A stretch of DNA of 64,000 bases from Octopus vulgaris (GCA_951406725.2 OX597826.1:54808001-54872000), one strand, 5' to 3'; counted from the first letter of the stretch, positions 14,038-28,854 are shown. The notes: generated from the letters alone by a model not told the origin. Program-made: numbers and translations.

Positions 14038-14324
14038 CTGTTACAGTGATTCCTCCATATTAATACAATGGCACAAATAAGAAAACCTAGTCACACATAC
14101 AACAACGATAGTTAAGGTGTGAAGGAGTAGTCATGAACAACTTCTTGCGAATCGTTTGGAAGAAAACGATCAGATTAGACTGGATAAGAAGTACCGAAAG
14201 ATAGACAGTAAACTGTAAGAAATAATAGATTAAATACAGTTTAATCTCCATATCTGATATAATAGCAGCAAAATGGTGCCCTGTGTGAGTTGAGGCATGT
14301 CGACCCCTGATGGTAGACGCGGGA

Positions 14325-14540
14325 TGTGACATAGAAGCGATAAGATCTGATTCAGTAGTAGTAGACAAAGAGAAGAGTTAGTGGTAGGTAATTGACTTTA
14401 CCTTCCCAAATGATGAGAAAAGTCAATATTAGAAGTATAAGAAAATAACAAAGTACGAGAACCTAGCCGTTGAGTTACAGAGGTTATGACACATGCGGAT
14501 AAAATGTATCACTGCACTTGTAGATGTATTAGGTCTGTAA
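14325..14540 (+). mobile_element. R4/Dong-clade endonuclease remnant
   Basis: CDIEAIRSDSVVVDKEKS*W*VIDFTFPND..KITKYENLAVELQRL*..LVDVLG fits the RPD..IID..P.D..K..KY endonuclease motif. Confidence 0.75.
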
Positions 14541-16054
14541 TGAATAGTGAGTGATTGTCATCAAATTCAAAATAGACATGAACTTGCTTTTGGGCGACCA
14601 TATATTTCTCTGTTTGTGGAAAGCAGTAGATTTTAATGATTACTTCCACGGTTTTACATAACTCTCAGCAGAACAGGTAGTTTGTTAGCGATAAGCAAAT
14701 AACGGCAGGTGAGACTCCGGGGACTCACCTGCCAATGTCAGTGTATGAGAGGTGAATTTCCTGGTTCCGATGATCTGCTCTACGAGATTTATATTTCCAG
14801 GATTGTCTTGGTGAATGACTAGCGTAAGAGGTGGCATGCAATGAGAATTTATAATTTATATGGTCCAGGAATCGGTGGCGTTGCTGAAAAATACCATGAA
14901 CTTTGATAATTTCAGGAAAGTAACTCTGCTGAATACAGAGTCAATGATTTTCACTTAAGTGGTCACAAATAGATTGGGTTTCGACGTCATTGGCGCGGTT
15001 CCCTCTTTTATTGCCTTAGGTAGATAAGGTAGCCTTCTCTATAATCCCTGATTCTCTTTCTCCATCTCTTTATCTCTCTATTTCTCTCATACAAATACAT
15101 ACACATATACATCATACTTTTATAGAGATATACGTGTTATATATATATATATATATATATATACATAATGCATACATATGTATATATGTATATATGTACG
15201 GATGTATGTATATGAATACGAATACACACACAACAGACATGCGCGCGCACACATATATGAATATAAACACATATATATGCTTATTTTTCTTCTCTTTCTC
15301 CCTTTGCATCTCTCGCTTTTGCCGTTCCACCTTCTCGCTATCTGTCATTCTGTCAATCCCTACACACACCTCTGCATGGTTGAATGCAGAATGGACGGGT
15401 GGAGGGGCGGACGGATGGAGGGAGTGAATGAGGGAGGGATAGATGCTCGGATGGAGGCGGGTTGGGGGTGGTGGTGGTTATATCGGTGTGCAGGTTGTGT
15501 GTATCTGTATGCGTGTGGGGGTGGGTTGGTGGGTCAGTGGGTGGGGAGGAAATAGGAAATAAATGGATAATAACACAAGATAAATGCATACTAAAACACG
15601 ATGAATAAATAGACACGAGCACAGTTGGATGAAGGCGGCAAGGAAACACACATATACACACACACACAAACACACACATACACACACACATGCACAGAAC
15701 ACACGGATAAAGCACGCATAAACACATACACGTACACACAGGACAACCACAGCTACAATAATGATTATAAACAAAGAGACACACACACACATACACATAC
15801 ACACACATAGAAAATAATTTATCAGGCAATAATGAGTTTTCAGATATTCAAATAATATATTCACCGCACGCAAATGATATCAAACACTTATCATTTACAG
15901 TAATTCTAAATAATTTGTTTTTGTGTTTATGTATTGGTGTCTGTTTGGGATTATGTTGGTGTTGTTGTTGTTGTTAATGTTGTTGAATGTTGTTGTTGTT
16001 GTTGATGTTGTTTGGTGTTGCTTTTTGTTCCATCTAACAACGAATTTGACAAAA

Positions 16055-16174
16055 CAATATATACATGTGTATGTGTGTATATATATATATACGTGTGTGT
16101 ATGTGTGCGTATGTTTGCTGTATATATATACATACAGATATATATACATATATTTATGTATATGTATGTATATA

Positions 16175-16239
<65 letters not shown>

Positions 16240-16291
16240 TACATATACATGCATATATGTATATATATATGCATACATACATATATATACA

Positions 16292-16335
<44 letters not shown>

Positions 16336-16378
16336 CATATATATATGCATATATACATATATACATATACATATACAC

Positions 16379-16443
<65 letters not shown>

Positions 16444-17099
16444 TACATGTAAATCCAAATGATTCATATATTTTATATCTGCAAACCAATCCTAACTCAA
16501 CTTCCTGTGCAACTCATTTTTATTTGTGTGTGTGTGTGTGTGTATATATATTTCTATATACATGTATATATTTGTTTATATTTGTTTTATTTGTTTCGAC
16601 AGATATGCGTATTACCTTAGCCATAAAATACACCCACGTCCATCCCCTGCAACCGTTACTATCTCCGCCATCGCAATCGCTGCAGTCACCATCTATACGG
16701 TCACATAAAATTTCACTGGCTTCCAACACCTCCCATAACTCTACTATCTACCCTGCCTACAAAACAACAGCAACAATCACATCATATTGTACTTCATCAC
16801 AGACACACGTCATGTTACAAACCTTGGGGAAGACACAAACGATAAATACTCAAAGACAGAAACAAACAAATTTTCAAATATAATATAGATGTGGTCCTCG
16901 ACAATAAACACGCATAGAAACACACGCGCAGGTACTTAGTTTACACACGCCCGTGTAAATAATCATGCTCATGCGTGGGGACGTACACACACATACACAC
17001 ATACAGACACACACACACACACATGCACACGTATCAATATTTCTACGTCTGATTATATAAGGATTCATATATAAGCATGTATGTATGTATTTGCATGAC

Positions 17100-17147
<48 letters not shown>

Positions 17148-17446
17148 CCTACCTATCTACCTACCTATGTATCTACCGACCTACCTACCTACCTACCTAC
17201 CTACCTACCTACCTACCTACCTATGTATCTATCTATCTACCTACCTAACTGTCTATCTATCTACCTATCTATCTATCCATCTACCTACCTACCTACCTAC
17301 CTACCTACCTACCTACCTATGTATCTATCTATCTACCTACCTAACTGTCTATCTATCTACCTATCTATCTATCCATCTACCTACCTACCTACCTACCTAC
17401 CTATGTATCTATCTATCTACCTACCTAACTGTCTATCTATCTATCA

Positions 17447-17503
<57 letters not shown>

Positions 17504-17530
17504 CCTATCTATCTATCTATCTATCTATCT
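16055..17530. repeat. (TA)n-rich array 16055-16450 and (CTAT/CTAC)n higher-order array 17100-17530
   Basis: Direct reading; unit CTATGTATCTATCTATCTACCTACCTAACTGTCT at about 17221, 17317 and 17401. Confidence 0.9.
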
Positions 17531-17898
17531 TTATGTGAGTGTATATAAATACACCTGTATACCTGTACAAACGAAGGTATATATATATATGTATAGAAAC
17601 ATTTGCATGTGTCCGTGTTTCGGTGCGCATTGAAAACGTACATACGAGCCGTGTGTGGGTGAGTGTGTATACAGACAAGTCAGTGTGTATTTAATATATT
17701 TTGCAATTATGTCTACAATTCTGAATGATATAAAATTTTGTAATATTATTACCAAATATTTGGTTACATACATAAACGCACACAGGCACACACACAAGCG
17801 TATATATATATCTATATATATACATATAAAGAGAGAGTGAGAGAGATGTGCATATGTATATATATATTCATATACATATAATGTGAGAGAGAGAGAGA

Positions 17899-17938
<40 letters not shown>

Positions 17939-18180
17939 TATCTCTCTATGCATGTGTGTATGGCGGTGCGTGTGCACAGGTGTATACATAAATATATGTT
18001 TGTATTTTTATACACCTTTGTAAATCTGAAATGAAAATTTCATTATGGCGGCTAACTGCTGTAAAAAAATAATGCAACGACAAAATGGATGATGTGATAA
18101 AAGGACGGTTGGGGATGAGAACGATGACGAAGACGGCAACGATGATGATGATGATGATGATGAGACGACGCCAAAGACAG

Positions 18181-18244
<64 letters not shown>

Positions 18245-18651
18245 AAGGATGGTGATGATGACGTAATTTTTGATATTGATGCTGATGGTGAAGACACTAG
18301 CCATTCTGACGATGATGTTTTCTATGATGTGATGTTGACGGTCACTATGGTGATGACAATGATGACGACGATAATGGCGGTGGTGTTCTAGACCGCGATG
18401 TTTATAACGTTATTGCTCGGTAATTTATTTGAATGCGCCAGCTTAAAATATAGCAAAACACAAGCTCGTCTTTACCTTTTTTGATGTGAAATCCTCTCAT
18501 TTGTTGATGTAATATTTGACAAATTACTATCACGCGTGCACACAGATTCACGCGCAAATATCATACTCACACACACATGCGCAAACGTGCACGCGTACAC
18601 ACATGTATGTGTTTGTGGGTATATATATATGTGTGTATTTGTATATGTGTG

Positions 18652-18695
<44 letters not shown>

Positions 18696-18802
18696 TATAC
18701 ATATACATATATACATATACATGCATATATGTTTACATAGATATACATATACACATACACAGATAGAAAACACAGACTCACACACACACAAACACGCATA
18801 TG

Positions 18803-18849
<47 letters not shown>

Positions 18850-18968
18850 GTGTATGCATTTCTTTCCGTTTGCATTATTTGTGGGTAGGGATTGCCTTCG
18901 AAAAGTGAAATGAAAATTCTCCCCCTCCCACACCCCCCCTTTAAAAAAACGCCCCCAAATCCGAAGCA

Positions 18969-19016
<48 letters not shown>

Positions 19017-19672
19017 TATAATGTTAAAATATAAACATAAAAGTTGATATTTTTCAAACTGTACAAACGTATATAACGGAAAGCAATATATATATATATA
19101 TGTATGTATGAATGTATGTATGTATATATGTATATATATATATAACAAACACAAAAACCAGATGAACATGTAAAAAAAAAAAGCTATGTTAAAAATAAAA
19201 ACATCAGCGTAAGTGAAACAGAGAATCACAAACATATCTAATTATTAGGAGAAAAATTTTATATTCTTTCAATGAATCATAATACGGAATCTGTCCTTTG
19301 TCGAATGTTGTTGCTGCTGCTGTTGTTGTTGTTATATTCGATGTTGTTGTTGCTGCTGTAGTTGTTGTTGTTGTTGTTGTTCCTAGAATTGTTATTGTTT
19401 TACTCGTTGTTGATATTCCTTAGTTACTGATGTTCTTGTTACCGTTGCTGCTGCTGCTGCTGCTACTGCTGCTACAATTCCTGTTGAGATTGTTACTGTT
19501 GTTGCTGTTGCTATATTTGCAGTTGTGGTAGTTGCTGTTGTTGTTATTTTTGTTGTTGTTTATATATTTGTAATTGTTGTTGTTCTTATTACTGAACTTG
19601 TTGCTGTTTTTGTTTGTTTTATTTGGGGGGGGGCGAGTTGCTTCTGTTATAACTTTTGTGGCCTGCCCAACA

Positions 19673-19760
<88 letters not shown>

Positions 19761-20059
19761 GCCTGCTTGTCTGTCTGTCTGTATATGTGCCTGTCTGTTT
19801 CTCTGTCTGTCTGTCTATGTTGCAACGCAAAGCAGTGAACGGCAATACACAAACTACAATTTAATTCAAATAATTTTGTGATATCTCTAATGGTAAATCC
19901 ATTGTATTCTATCGTGGGGATAAAGTTGTCGGTTGCTGTAAAATGTGTAAATACTTCATTATCAGCTCAGTGACGCCCTCTATTAGACCCCTAGGTGCAT
20001 TTTTGGCTCGTTGTTGTCCTGGAGATATCAGTGAGAGGTAATCTGAAGGAACCAGTCAA

Positions 20060-20178
20060 TACTAGTGGCTGACTTACGCTTGTAGACCGTCTGGTCTAAA
20101 CAAACGAAAGAAGTTATGTGGGGGGTCAAGATTGCAAGGACTCAATACAACGACAACCTCCACCTTATGTGATACATC

Positions 20179-20273
<95 letters not shown>

Positions 20274-21960
20274 GGGACCAAAGCTTGCTTCGGGGCAGCT
20301 CTGATCAATTTGGATCAATCGAAAACATTCGATAGGGTCAACCATCGTTACTTGGAAACCGTCCTGAAAGCGGGCAGTTTCGGACCATTTTTCAGAGGCA
20401 GGATCGCTGCAATGCACAGCGGCACCTGTTCAGTGGTCAAAGTAAACGGCCACCTATCGAAGCTGTTTGGCATGGCACGCTCGAACCCTCTGAGTTGCTC
20501 GCTGTCATCTTTTCTGTACATATTGGCACTTGAGCCACTGCTGCAGAAGTTGGAACAGCTAAGGTGTATCCCTTTCGATCCGGGACAAGGAAGGACAGTG
20601 TTTGCATACGCAGACAACCTCAGCGTCATGGTGTCGGACGCCTGCGAATTGGAGACAGTTCGGCACTATCCTACAAGAATATGAGTCGGTTGTAGGGGCT
20701 AAGATCGACGCCAACAAATCGGCGGTTTTGCAGTTGGGCTCCTGGCGAGGCGGGGCGATGCCATGGGACGCTGGACCGACGGACCTGTTAAACTGCTCGA
20801 GGTCTGGTTTGGTCCCGACCTTCAGGTTGATAAGAACTGGGATGAGGTGGCGAACAGAGTGGCCAGTATAACCCAGAAATAGGCTGAGAGGTGGCTGAGC
20901 TTGAAAGGTCGGACAGAGGTGGCAAATATTTACATCGCCTCCGTTATTTATTACCTGACCGTCGTGCCTTGTCACGGTAACTGCTTGACCAGGTTGGAGC
21001 GTCTCTTATTTAAATTCTTGTGGAAGGGATGCTTTCCAGTTGTCAAGCGGTCAGTCTGTTGCCAGCAACCTCTGAGTGGCGGATTAGGTATGCCGTGGCT
21101 CCTAATACACAGATACGCTCTTAGGTTATGCCACCTGTAACGATTTCTGGACAGTGAGCGTGTGTGGGCTCCATTTGTGCTCGTATTTCCGCAGCTCGTC
21201 TCCTTGACGGAGCTGCAGTCCTGGGTGAAGAAAAACCCAAGACTAGGCGCCTAGCACTTAGAATGTCGTCAGGCACTAACAGCCCTCTATCAGTCGGGCA
21301 ATGGGATCCGTGCATGTTCTGCTTTAGAAATTTATAGATGATTAGTGACTGAGAAGTGCGACAATGTTCTCGGGGAGACTCCTGGCGCCGAAAGAGAACG
21401 AACTGGCTAGTCTGTTCCAGAGGACTTACCGGTCGGGAACTATCATGGATAATTTCCAGATGTCTTTGGCCTAGCAGTGCTACCAGGGGGAGCTACCGGT
21501 TCGAGATAAACTCTACAGGTACGAATGTGTTTCAGACGGGCTTGTCTGAGGTGCGCGCAGAGTGATAAAACCGTTCAGCACGCCCTCGTTCATTGTCCGA
21601 GCATTGCTGACTTGTGGGGTTAAGTCGAACAGCTGCTGTCACGTGTGGGACAGATCAGTTTGTCGGACGAGTCTGTAGTGATGATCGCACCACCGCCCTC
21701 CTTCAATCAGGCAGGAAAAGCATTTTCCCTTTGCCTAGTGGCTGTGGCGAAAGAGGTTGTTTGATGGACAAGGCTCAAAATGTATGAGGACAGATACTTT
21801 TCCCTTGGGTAGGGCTCTCGTTGATTTCTTCAAGTTTCACTTGGAAAGAAAATTGAGAGTGGAGAGGGAAGTGCTGTTCTCAAGTGAGTTTATTGAAAGG
21901 TGGGTGAAAGTTGCGAACATGGCAAGAGTGGATGGTACCTCTCTAAGTGCAGACCTGTGA
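20060..21960 (+). mobile_element. Tx1/L1-clade LINE, 5'-truncated ORF2 pseudogene (RT plus C-terminal zinc knuckle)
   Basis: DNLHLM*YII; AALINLDQSKTFDRVNH; VKVNGHLS; LYILALEPLL; AYADN; INxxKS-like KIDANKS; GGLGMP; LPVRDKL; CLRC..TVQHALVHC; stop at 21960. Several frameshifts and stops; (GA)n expanded inside the RT at 20180-20270. Confidence 0.92.
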
Positions 21961-21974
21961 GTCGGAGAGAAGGA

Positions 21975-22890
21975 ATTGGAGAGGGCACTTGCTTCTGGGG
22001 TTTCAGCAGCTCCAATATTCATGTTTTCAAAAGATCCAATTACCACCAGTATCACCATTACTTTCCTCATGCCCCATAGCTCACCCCGCAGTGGCTGGTA
22101 TTTCTCAATCTTTTCTGCTTCCTTACATTTCACCCTCCAATCGCTTGATATTGCAACATCTATTATCTTTAATTCTTTTTCATCTTTATGGATGATCACG
22201 ATATTTAGCTGTCTCGCCTCTATGACTTTGTCGCACTGTCTGTTAAAATCTCGGGGTATTTTGTAATGTTCGTTTTCCATTATTCCCTCTGGTTGTGTTC
22301 AAACCATTGTTCGGTTCTCCTGAAGTTTGTTTTACTGCACAACAGCCAGTGGACATATCGGGCCACATTGTCGTGTCTCCTTTTATATTCGTGTTGTGCG
22401 AACTTACAGCACTCACTAACAATATGGCTTTCTCCCTTGTCAGAGCACATCCTACACTGTAGCGAGTCAGTGCTTTTATCAATGTGATATTTGGAGTATT
22501 TTGTTCTGGGAGCTTGTTCTTGAGCGCTGCACACTAATGTCTCAGTGGGACCTTTCAAGTCTCCTTTCAGCAGCCATTGTCAAGTTCTATTCCAATCAGT
22601 CTCAACGTTATTCTTCAAGAACTGACTATGTATTTTCTTGTCCCGCCACATTTTCTACATCTGTTCTCTCTGGTTTTTCTTAAATTGCGTTGGATCTACG
22701 GCTTCGTTCACTTTTAAGGTTCTCTGTATTTTCACTGCTTCAGTCAGACTGTTCTCTTCCCTTACACAACCTTCACAACACACCAATTCCTGACCCCCTT
22801 CTTTCCTTTTTACATACAATCTTGACACATCCCTCTTGGGGTGTAGTTCTCTGTTCCTTGTCATTGATTTATGTGTTCTCTGGTCTATCT
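21975..22890 (-). mobile_element. R4/Dong-clade non-LTR retrotransposon, 5'-truncated
   Basis: IDQRTHK..LHPKRDVSRLYVKRKEGG; CRMC..SHIVSEC..EYKRRHDNVA; IEAR..IIDVAI..D.R...KEAEKIEKYQPL. Confidence 0.92.
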
Positions 22891-23016
22891 TCTTCTTCTT
22901 CTTCTTCTTCTTCTTCTTCTTCTTCTTCTTCTTCTTCTTCTTCTTCTTCTTCTTCTTCTTCTTCTTCTTCTTCTTCTTCTTCTTCTTCTTCTTCTTCTTT
23001 ATCATCATCATCATCA

Positions 23017-23080
<64 letters not shown>

Positions 23081-23310
23081 CATCATTATCATCATCTTGA
23101 ACATGAGCAACACGAGAAACAGCGGCAGCAGCAGTGTAGTGGAAGTAGTAGTAGAAATAGTAGTAGTATTATTAGTTACAGGAGTAGTAGTTAGCAATGG
23201 TGGTGGTGGTGGTGGTAGTAGTAGTAGCAGCATCAACAGCAGTAATAGTAGTAAAAGTAGTAGTCGCAGCAGTAGTAGGAGTAGTACTGATGATGTTGGT
23301 GATAATGATG
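22888..23310. repeat. (TTC)n-(TCA)n-(TTA)n-(GTA)n compound array
   Basis: Direct reading. Confidence 0.95.
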
Positions 23311-23523
23311 TTGAGTGGCCGAACTGAAGTCTACTTAAGTATTGTCATTCGCCCAGAGGTAAACTTCGGCGTAGAAGTACTAAACCGACGAATTGACAGA
23401 TGCGATCGTTTGACTAATTTTCAATGTTACAGGCGAACAGACGACATTTGATACATTGTATATCAACAACTGATAAATAAATGCACCATAGACATTTCAA
23501 ACAGCTCAAATATGTGTGGCGGA

Positions 23524-23559
<36 letters not shown>

Positions 23560-23820
23560 TACATACAAAAACACACATGCATATATATGCCGGTGCGCTA
23601 GTAAATTCTTTCATGTATATATTCTCATTCATAGATACTCATACACGTTGTTTTACATATATATCTATATGAACATACATACGTACGTGTATACATATGT
23701 ACACACATATACATATATATATATATACAGAATACAAATAGATATATACATGGTCTCATTTACAGCACCTGGATTCATATTGCTATATACACATATATAT
23801 GCACAGATTCTTGCATATGC

Positions 23821-23874
<54 letters not shown>

Positions 23875-23938
23875 TACATACACATATATATACATATATA
23901 TGTACGTATATATATATACGTGTGTGTGTGTATGTATG

Positions 23939-24103
<165 letters not shown>

Positions 24104-24499
24104 CATATATATATATAAGTACAGAAACACCTGCGACTGGAGACACTCCCTCGGGATATCACTGACAAAAGTAACACACCTTCTCACTAATTGGGTTGCA
24201 AGTGATAGGAGAACAAGTGGAAGGTGAGTGGGAGCGCGTACATGTTTGCCTATTTGGAGGTGTGTATACGAATATTTCTGTATGGATGTGTGTGTATGTG
24301 TGAGAGAGAGAGAGAGAGACAGAGGGGCGAGAAACATATATATGTATACATTTTTACATATAGATCGAAAGAGAGAGTGTGTGTGTATGAGAGTGAGAGA
24401 GTGATATAAACGGGCAGACTGAAAGAGAGAGGCATGCAGAGATAAAGATGGTGACAGAAAAATGATGAAATAAGTGATTTTGAAGATATTATCATTATG

Positions 24500-24503
24500 G
24501 AGA

Positions 24504-24556
<53 letters not shown>

Positions 24557-24585
24557 GCTTTTATTATTATTATTATTATTATTAC

Positions 24586-24666
<81 letters not shown>

Positions 24667-24756
24667 GAATGATGATGATGATGATGATGATGTAAAAGAT
24701 AGTAGCAATAATGATTAATGGCGAGTTTTTTTTATAACATAAATAATATAATCAGG

Positions 24757-24815
<59 letters not shown>

Positions 24816-25268
24816 TATAATAATAATAGTAATAATAATAATAATGATGATGATGACGAGGATGATGATGACGATGATGATGAAATTATTAATAATAATG
24901 CAGATGATGATCAAATGTTATTGTTAATTATACGATAGTTGTAATGATAAAAATGTCGAACACGATGGCATTTGCAATGATGACAGTGATAAGGATGATG
25001 AGGATGTTGATGATGACGATAAGGGTGATGAAGTTGATGATGATGAGGAGGAGGAGGAGGAGGAGGAGGCGGTGGAGGAAAAGGAGAACGAAGGATATGA
25101 TGAGAATGATTGCTACAACACTGGTGAACATGTTCATGATGATGATGATGACACTGAGGATGACGATGGCATAGATTATTATAATCATCATCATCATCCT
25201 CATCATCATCACCATCATATTTTCATTATTATTATTATTATTATTATCATTATTATTATTATTATTAT

Positions 25269-25299
<31 letters not shown>

Positions 25300-25475
25300 G
25301 GTGGTGGTGGTAGTGTTTCTCTTATTGTGAATATTATTATCATTATTCTCATTATTATTAATATACTCATGATAAGGATAATGATGGCGACGATGATGAT
25401 GATGATGTTGACGTCGACGACGACGACGACGACGACGACGATGATGATGATGATGATGATGATGATGGTGATTTA
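24500..25475. repeat. Compound triplet arrays (TTA/TAA/GAT/GAC)n with polarity switches
   Basis: Direct reading. Confidence 0.93.
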
Positions 25476-25963
25476 GGTGATGCTGCTGTTCGGTTTGTGG
25501 TGTCATGATGATGAATTAATTTACAAACCATAACTGAAAAACTGTAAAACTTTAGAAAACATTTCAGAAGAATTTTACGACAAAAAACGTTAAAAAAAAA
25601 AGGAATAAAACAAAAGTAAAGAAAATAGACATAAAAAAAAACTGTAGACACATACACTCAACATACATCAGACATAACACACGTATATAGGCATACATGT
25701 ATTTGCATATATGCAGAGAGAGAAACACACTCATAGAGATATATACACAGGCGTACGTGTTCGACACCTTTTCTGTAGACGTAGACACACAAAAATGAAA
25801 ATATGTATGTATGTATGTGTGTATGCATGCATGTATGTATGTATGTATGTATGTATGTATGTATGTATATATGTAGTTATGTGTATGTATGTAAATATAC
25901 ATATATGTTTATATATATATATATTTATATATACACATATATATATATATACACACATATATC

Positions 25964-26001
<38 letters not shown>

Positions 26002-26107
26002 TATGTGTGTATATATATATGTGTGTGTGTGTATATATCTAGATATATATATATATATATATATACACACTTATAAAGACATGACTGCATTCATGCAAAC
26101 ACAACTC

Positions 26108-26164
<57 letters not shown>

Positions 26165-26430
26165 GATTTTGACAGATAGTTTCACAAATTGGAAATAAAT
26201 TATGAAAATGTTAATTAGTTTAGTGAACGCACATATCCACACAAACACACTTACATACACTTACACACTCATGTATACACACACGCAATATACACACACA
26301 CACAACGTGCATAGACACACACACCGAGTATATCAGTGATGCTACCTCCGGTGTGAGATAAATAAATAGATAAATTAATCTTGTGTGAAGAGTTAGTATG
26401 TTTTTTTATGTAATATGTGTTTTATTATAT

Positions 26431-26902
26431 AGGCGCAGGAGTGGTTGTGTGCTAAGTAGCTCGCTTACCAAATACATGGTTCTGGGTTCAGTCCCACTGC
26501 GTGGCACCTTGGGCAAGTATCTTCTACTATAGCCTCGGGCCGACCAAATCCTTGTGAGTGGATTTGGTAGGCGGAAACTGAAAGAAGCCCGTCGTATATA
26601 TGTATGTATATATATATATATATATATATGTGTATATATGTGTGTGTGTGTGTGTATGTATGTATATATGTGTGTATATATGTGTGTGTATATGTTTGTG
26701 CGTCTGTGTTCGTCCCCCAACAACGCTTGACAACCGATGCTGCTGTGTTTACGTCCCCGTAACTTAGCTGTTCGGCAAAAGAGACTGATAGAATAAGTAC
26801 TAGGTTTACAAAGAATAAGTCCTGGGGCTGATTTGCTCGACTAAAGGCGGTGCTCCGGCATGGCCGCAGTCAAATTACTGAAACAAGTAAAAGAGTAAAA
26901 GA
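26431..26902 (+). mobile_element. Family-A SINE, full length
   Basis: AGGCGCAGGAGTGG head; GGTTCAGTCCC B-box; internal (TA)n(TG)n; tail CTGAAACAAGTAAAAGAGTAAAAGA. Confidence 0.93.
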
Positions 26903-26929
26903 ATAATGATATTTTGCTCTGGAATCATC

Positions 26930-27445
26930 AGTACAGACACTCTGGCATGCAGACAAGCTGATATTGTGGCACTGAGGTACAGAGGCACTGAGAGACGTAG
27001 AAGAGACGTAGAGATTTTGTAGACATTTAGACATACAAACGCACATTGAGCGAGTTATGTAGATACGTTAATGCGTAGACAGAGTCCCGAACAAGGTGAG
27101 ACGCAGCCAGAGTACCGGACATGCAGAGACGCAGATGGATATTTGGACATGCAAACATGCCGATAACTGAGGCATGCAGAAGCTCAGAGATACAAGCAGT
27201 TCGACAAATGTTGCAGACACAAATACACGAACCTCAGATACTGAGACAAGGAGATATGCAGAATTTCAGATATGGAGTCTCATAGTTACTCAGATACGGA
27301 GAACGCCCATCCCTAATACACATGCTGAGACACGCTGAGGGCGACACCTACAAGCATTTGGTCACTTGGGCACTTGCACACTTAAACACTCAGTTGAAGG
27401 TACTCAGTCTTGTAGACACGCAGACTCGCAGACGCGTTGACATCA
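26930..27445. repeat. Degenerate minisatellite of CAGAC/GAGAC/ATGCAGA motifs
   Basis: AGACA/AGACG/CAGATA motifs recur roughly every 10-20 bp; no long ORF. Confidence 0.5.
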
Positions 27446-27654
27446 AACATTTGAGGAACAATGTATAGTGTAGCCTTTTGTGAATTCTCGACAATTGCAT
27501 CAGAAAAGAATATAAAACTTTGATCAGAGATAAGAAGTTGATAAACGACTCAAACCTCTTTTTAAATCTCACTCACCCATTCTCTCTCCCTCTTCCTGCC
27601 TCTTCCTCTGTCTGATTCTCTCTCTCACATTCTTTCTATCTATCTATCTATTTG

Positions 27655-27714
<60 letters not shown>

Positions 27715-28762
27715 GCTAGCTAGCTAGCTAGCTAGCTAGCTAGCTATTTATCTATCTATCGATATACCTACGAACCGCTTTCTTTTTATAAACTTAAATT
27801 CCTGTCATAAGTATTATATATATATGTTTGTGTGTATGTGTGTGTGTGTGTGTTTGTGTGTGTGTTTATGTGTGTGTCTGTGTGTGATTATACCATCGTG
27901 GAATGAGTGTCCTGCCGTAGTCAGTTCAGTCAAATTTGAAGCAAACACGGCAACATTCTCGTATATTTTATACTTCCGGCGAACCCATGATCCTGTGTGT
28001 TAAGGAAATATTAACAGAATGTGATTATCTTATCGGTAGTCACAAACAAAAGGGTCTGAATACATATGCCAAGTATATGATACACGCAAAGATAGGCCTT
28101 AGACTGGTTACATTTTCAGACGATATAAGAATGGGATTTGGCCAAAATGAATGTTTGTAGCTGATTATCAAACGTGGTAAAGTTACTTATTGCATTATCC
28201 ATATCTGACTCAATATATTCTTTTGTTAAGGAGTTTAAATAGTGTCTTTTGAATATTTTGTGAGATATTAACTAACAATAGTATAGAAATCGCTTCCACC
28301 TCTCCACTGTATCTAAATAAACGTTTAACTCATTCATCAGCCTGCCGAAGAAGCCTAGAGTTTAATAAAACTATCTTGAGAGGGCCCTATATTGTCTAAC
28401 TGTATCGACATTACTGCTATATTAACTAAACATTCAGCTAATGATTTCTAACAAATATTTTCTTAAATCTGACTGTGATTATCCTGTAATACATATAAAA
28501 ACATACAGACATTAAAACCATTCCACCTGTCTAATCAATGCCATGATAAATAGTCACTCCTAGATATTCACACTGTTTGGTAACTTCCAAATTTCATCAA
28601 ATTATATCACTTAACGTGGCAGTCCTGGATTAGGACGAATGTTGCTGTAATTTAGCTCCAGGAGACATCGTCTCCAGCTGGTTATACGACACGATCTGTG
28701 CCCTTACATTTTTTTGAACAAAGGAATCTAGCCCCCTTTTCCCCACTCAGCTCAAAACAATA

Positions 28763-28807
28763 TCTGTGTATCGCAATTTCCGGGTTATTTACCTTCATCA
28801 GCACAGA
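28763..28807 (-). ncRNA. Minimal type-I hammerhead ribozyme motif (Penelope-type)
   Basis: Minus strand TCTGTG CTGATGA A GGT-AAATA-ACC CG GAAA TTGCGA TA CACAGA; 6-bp stem I, intact core, short stem II, cleavage triplet AUA. Confidence 0.7.
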
Positions 28808-28854
28808 ATGATTGTTCGGCTAGAATAATCAGCATTGAAAGTATTTAATCTAAA

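Noticed and set aside
24124-24230. Possible exon ending AAG|GTGAGT
   Set aside because: No polypyrimidine acceptor, no recognisable peptide and no partner exons
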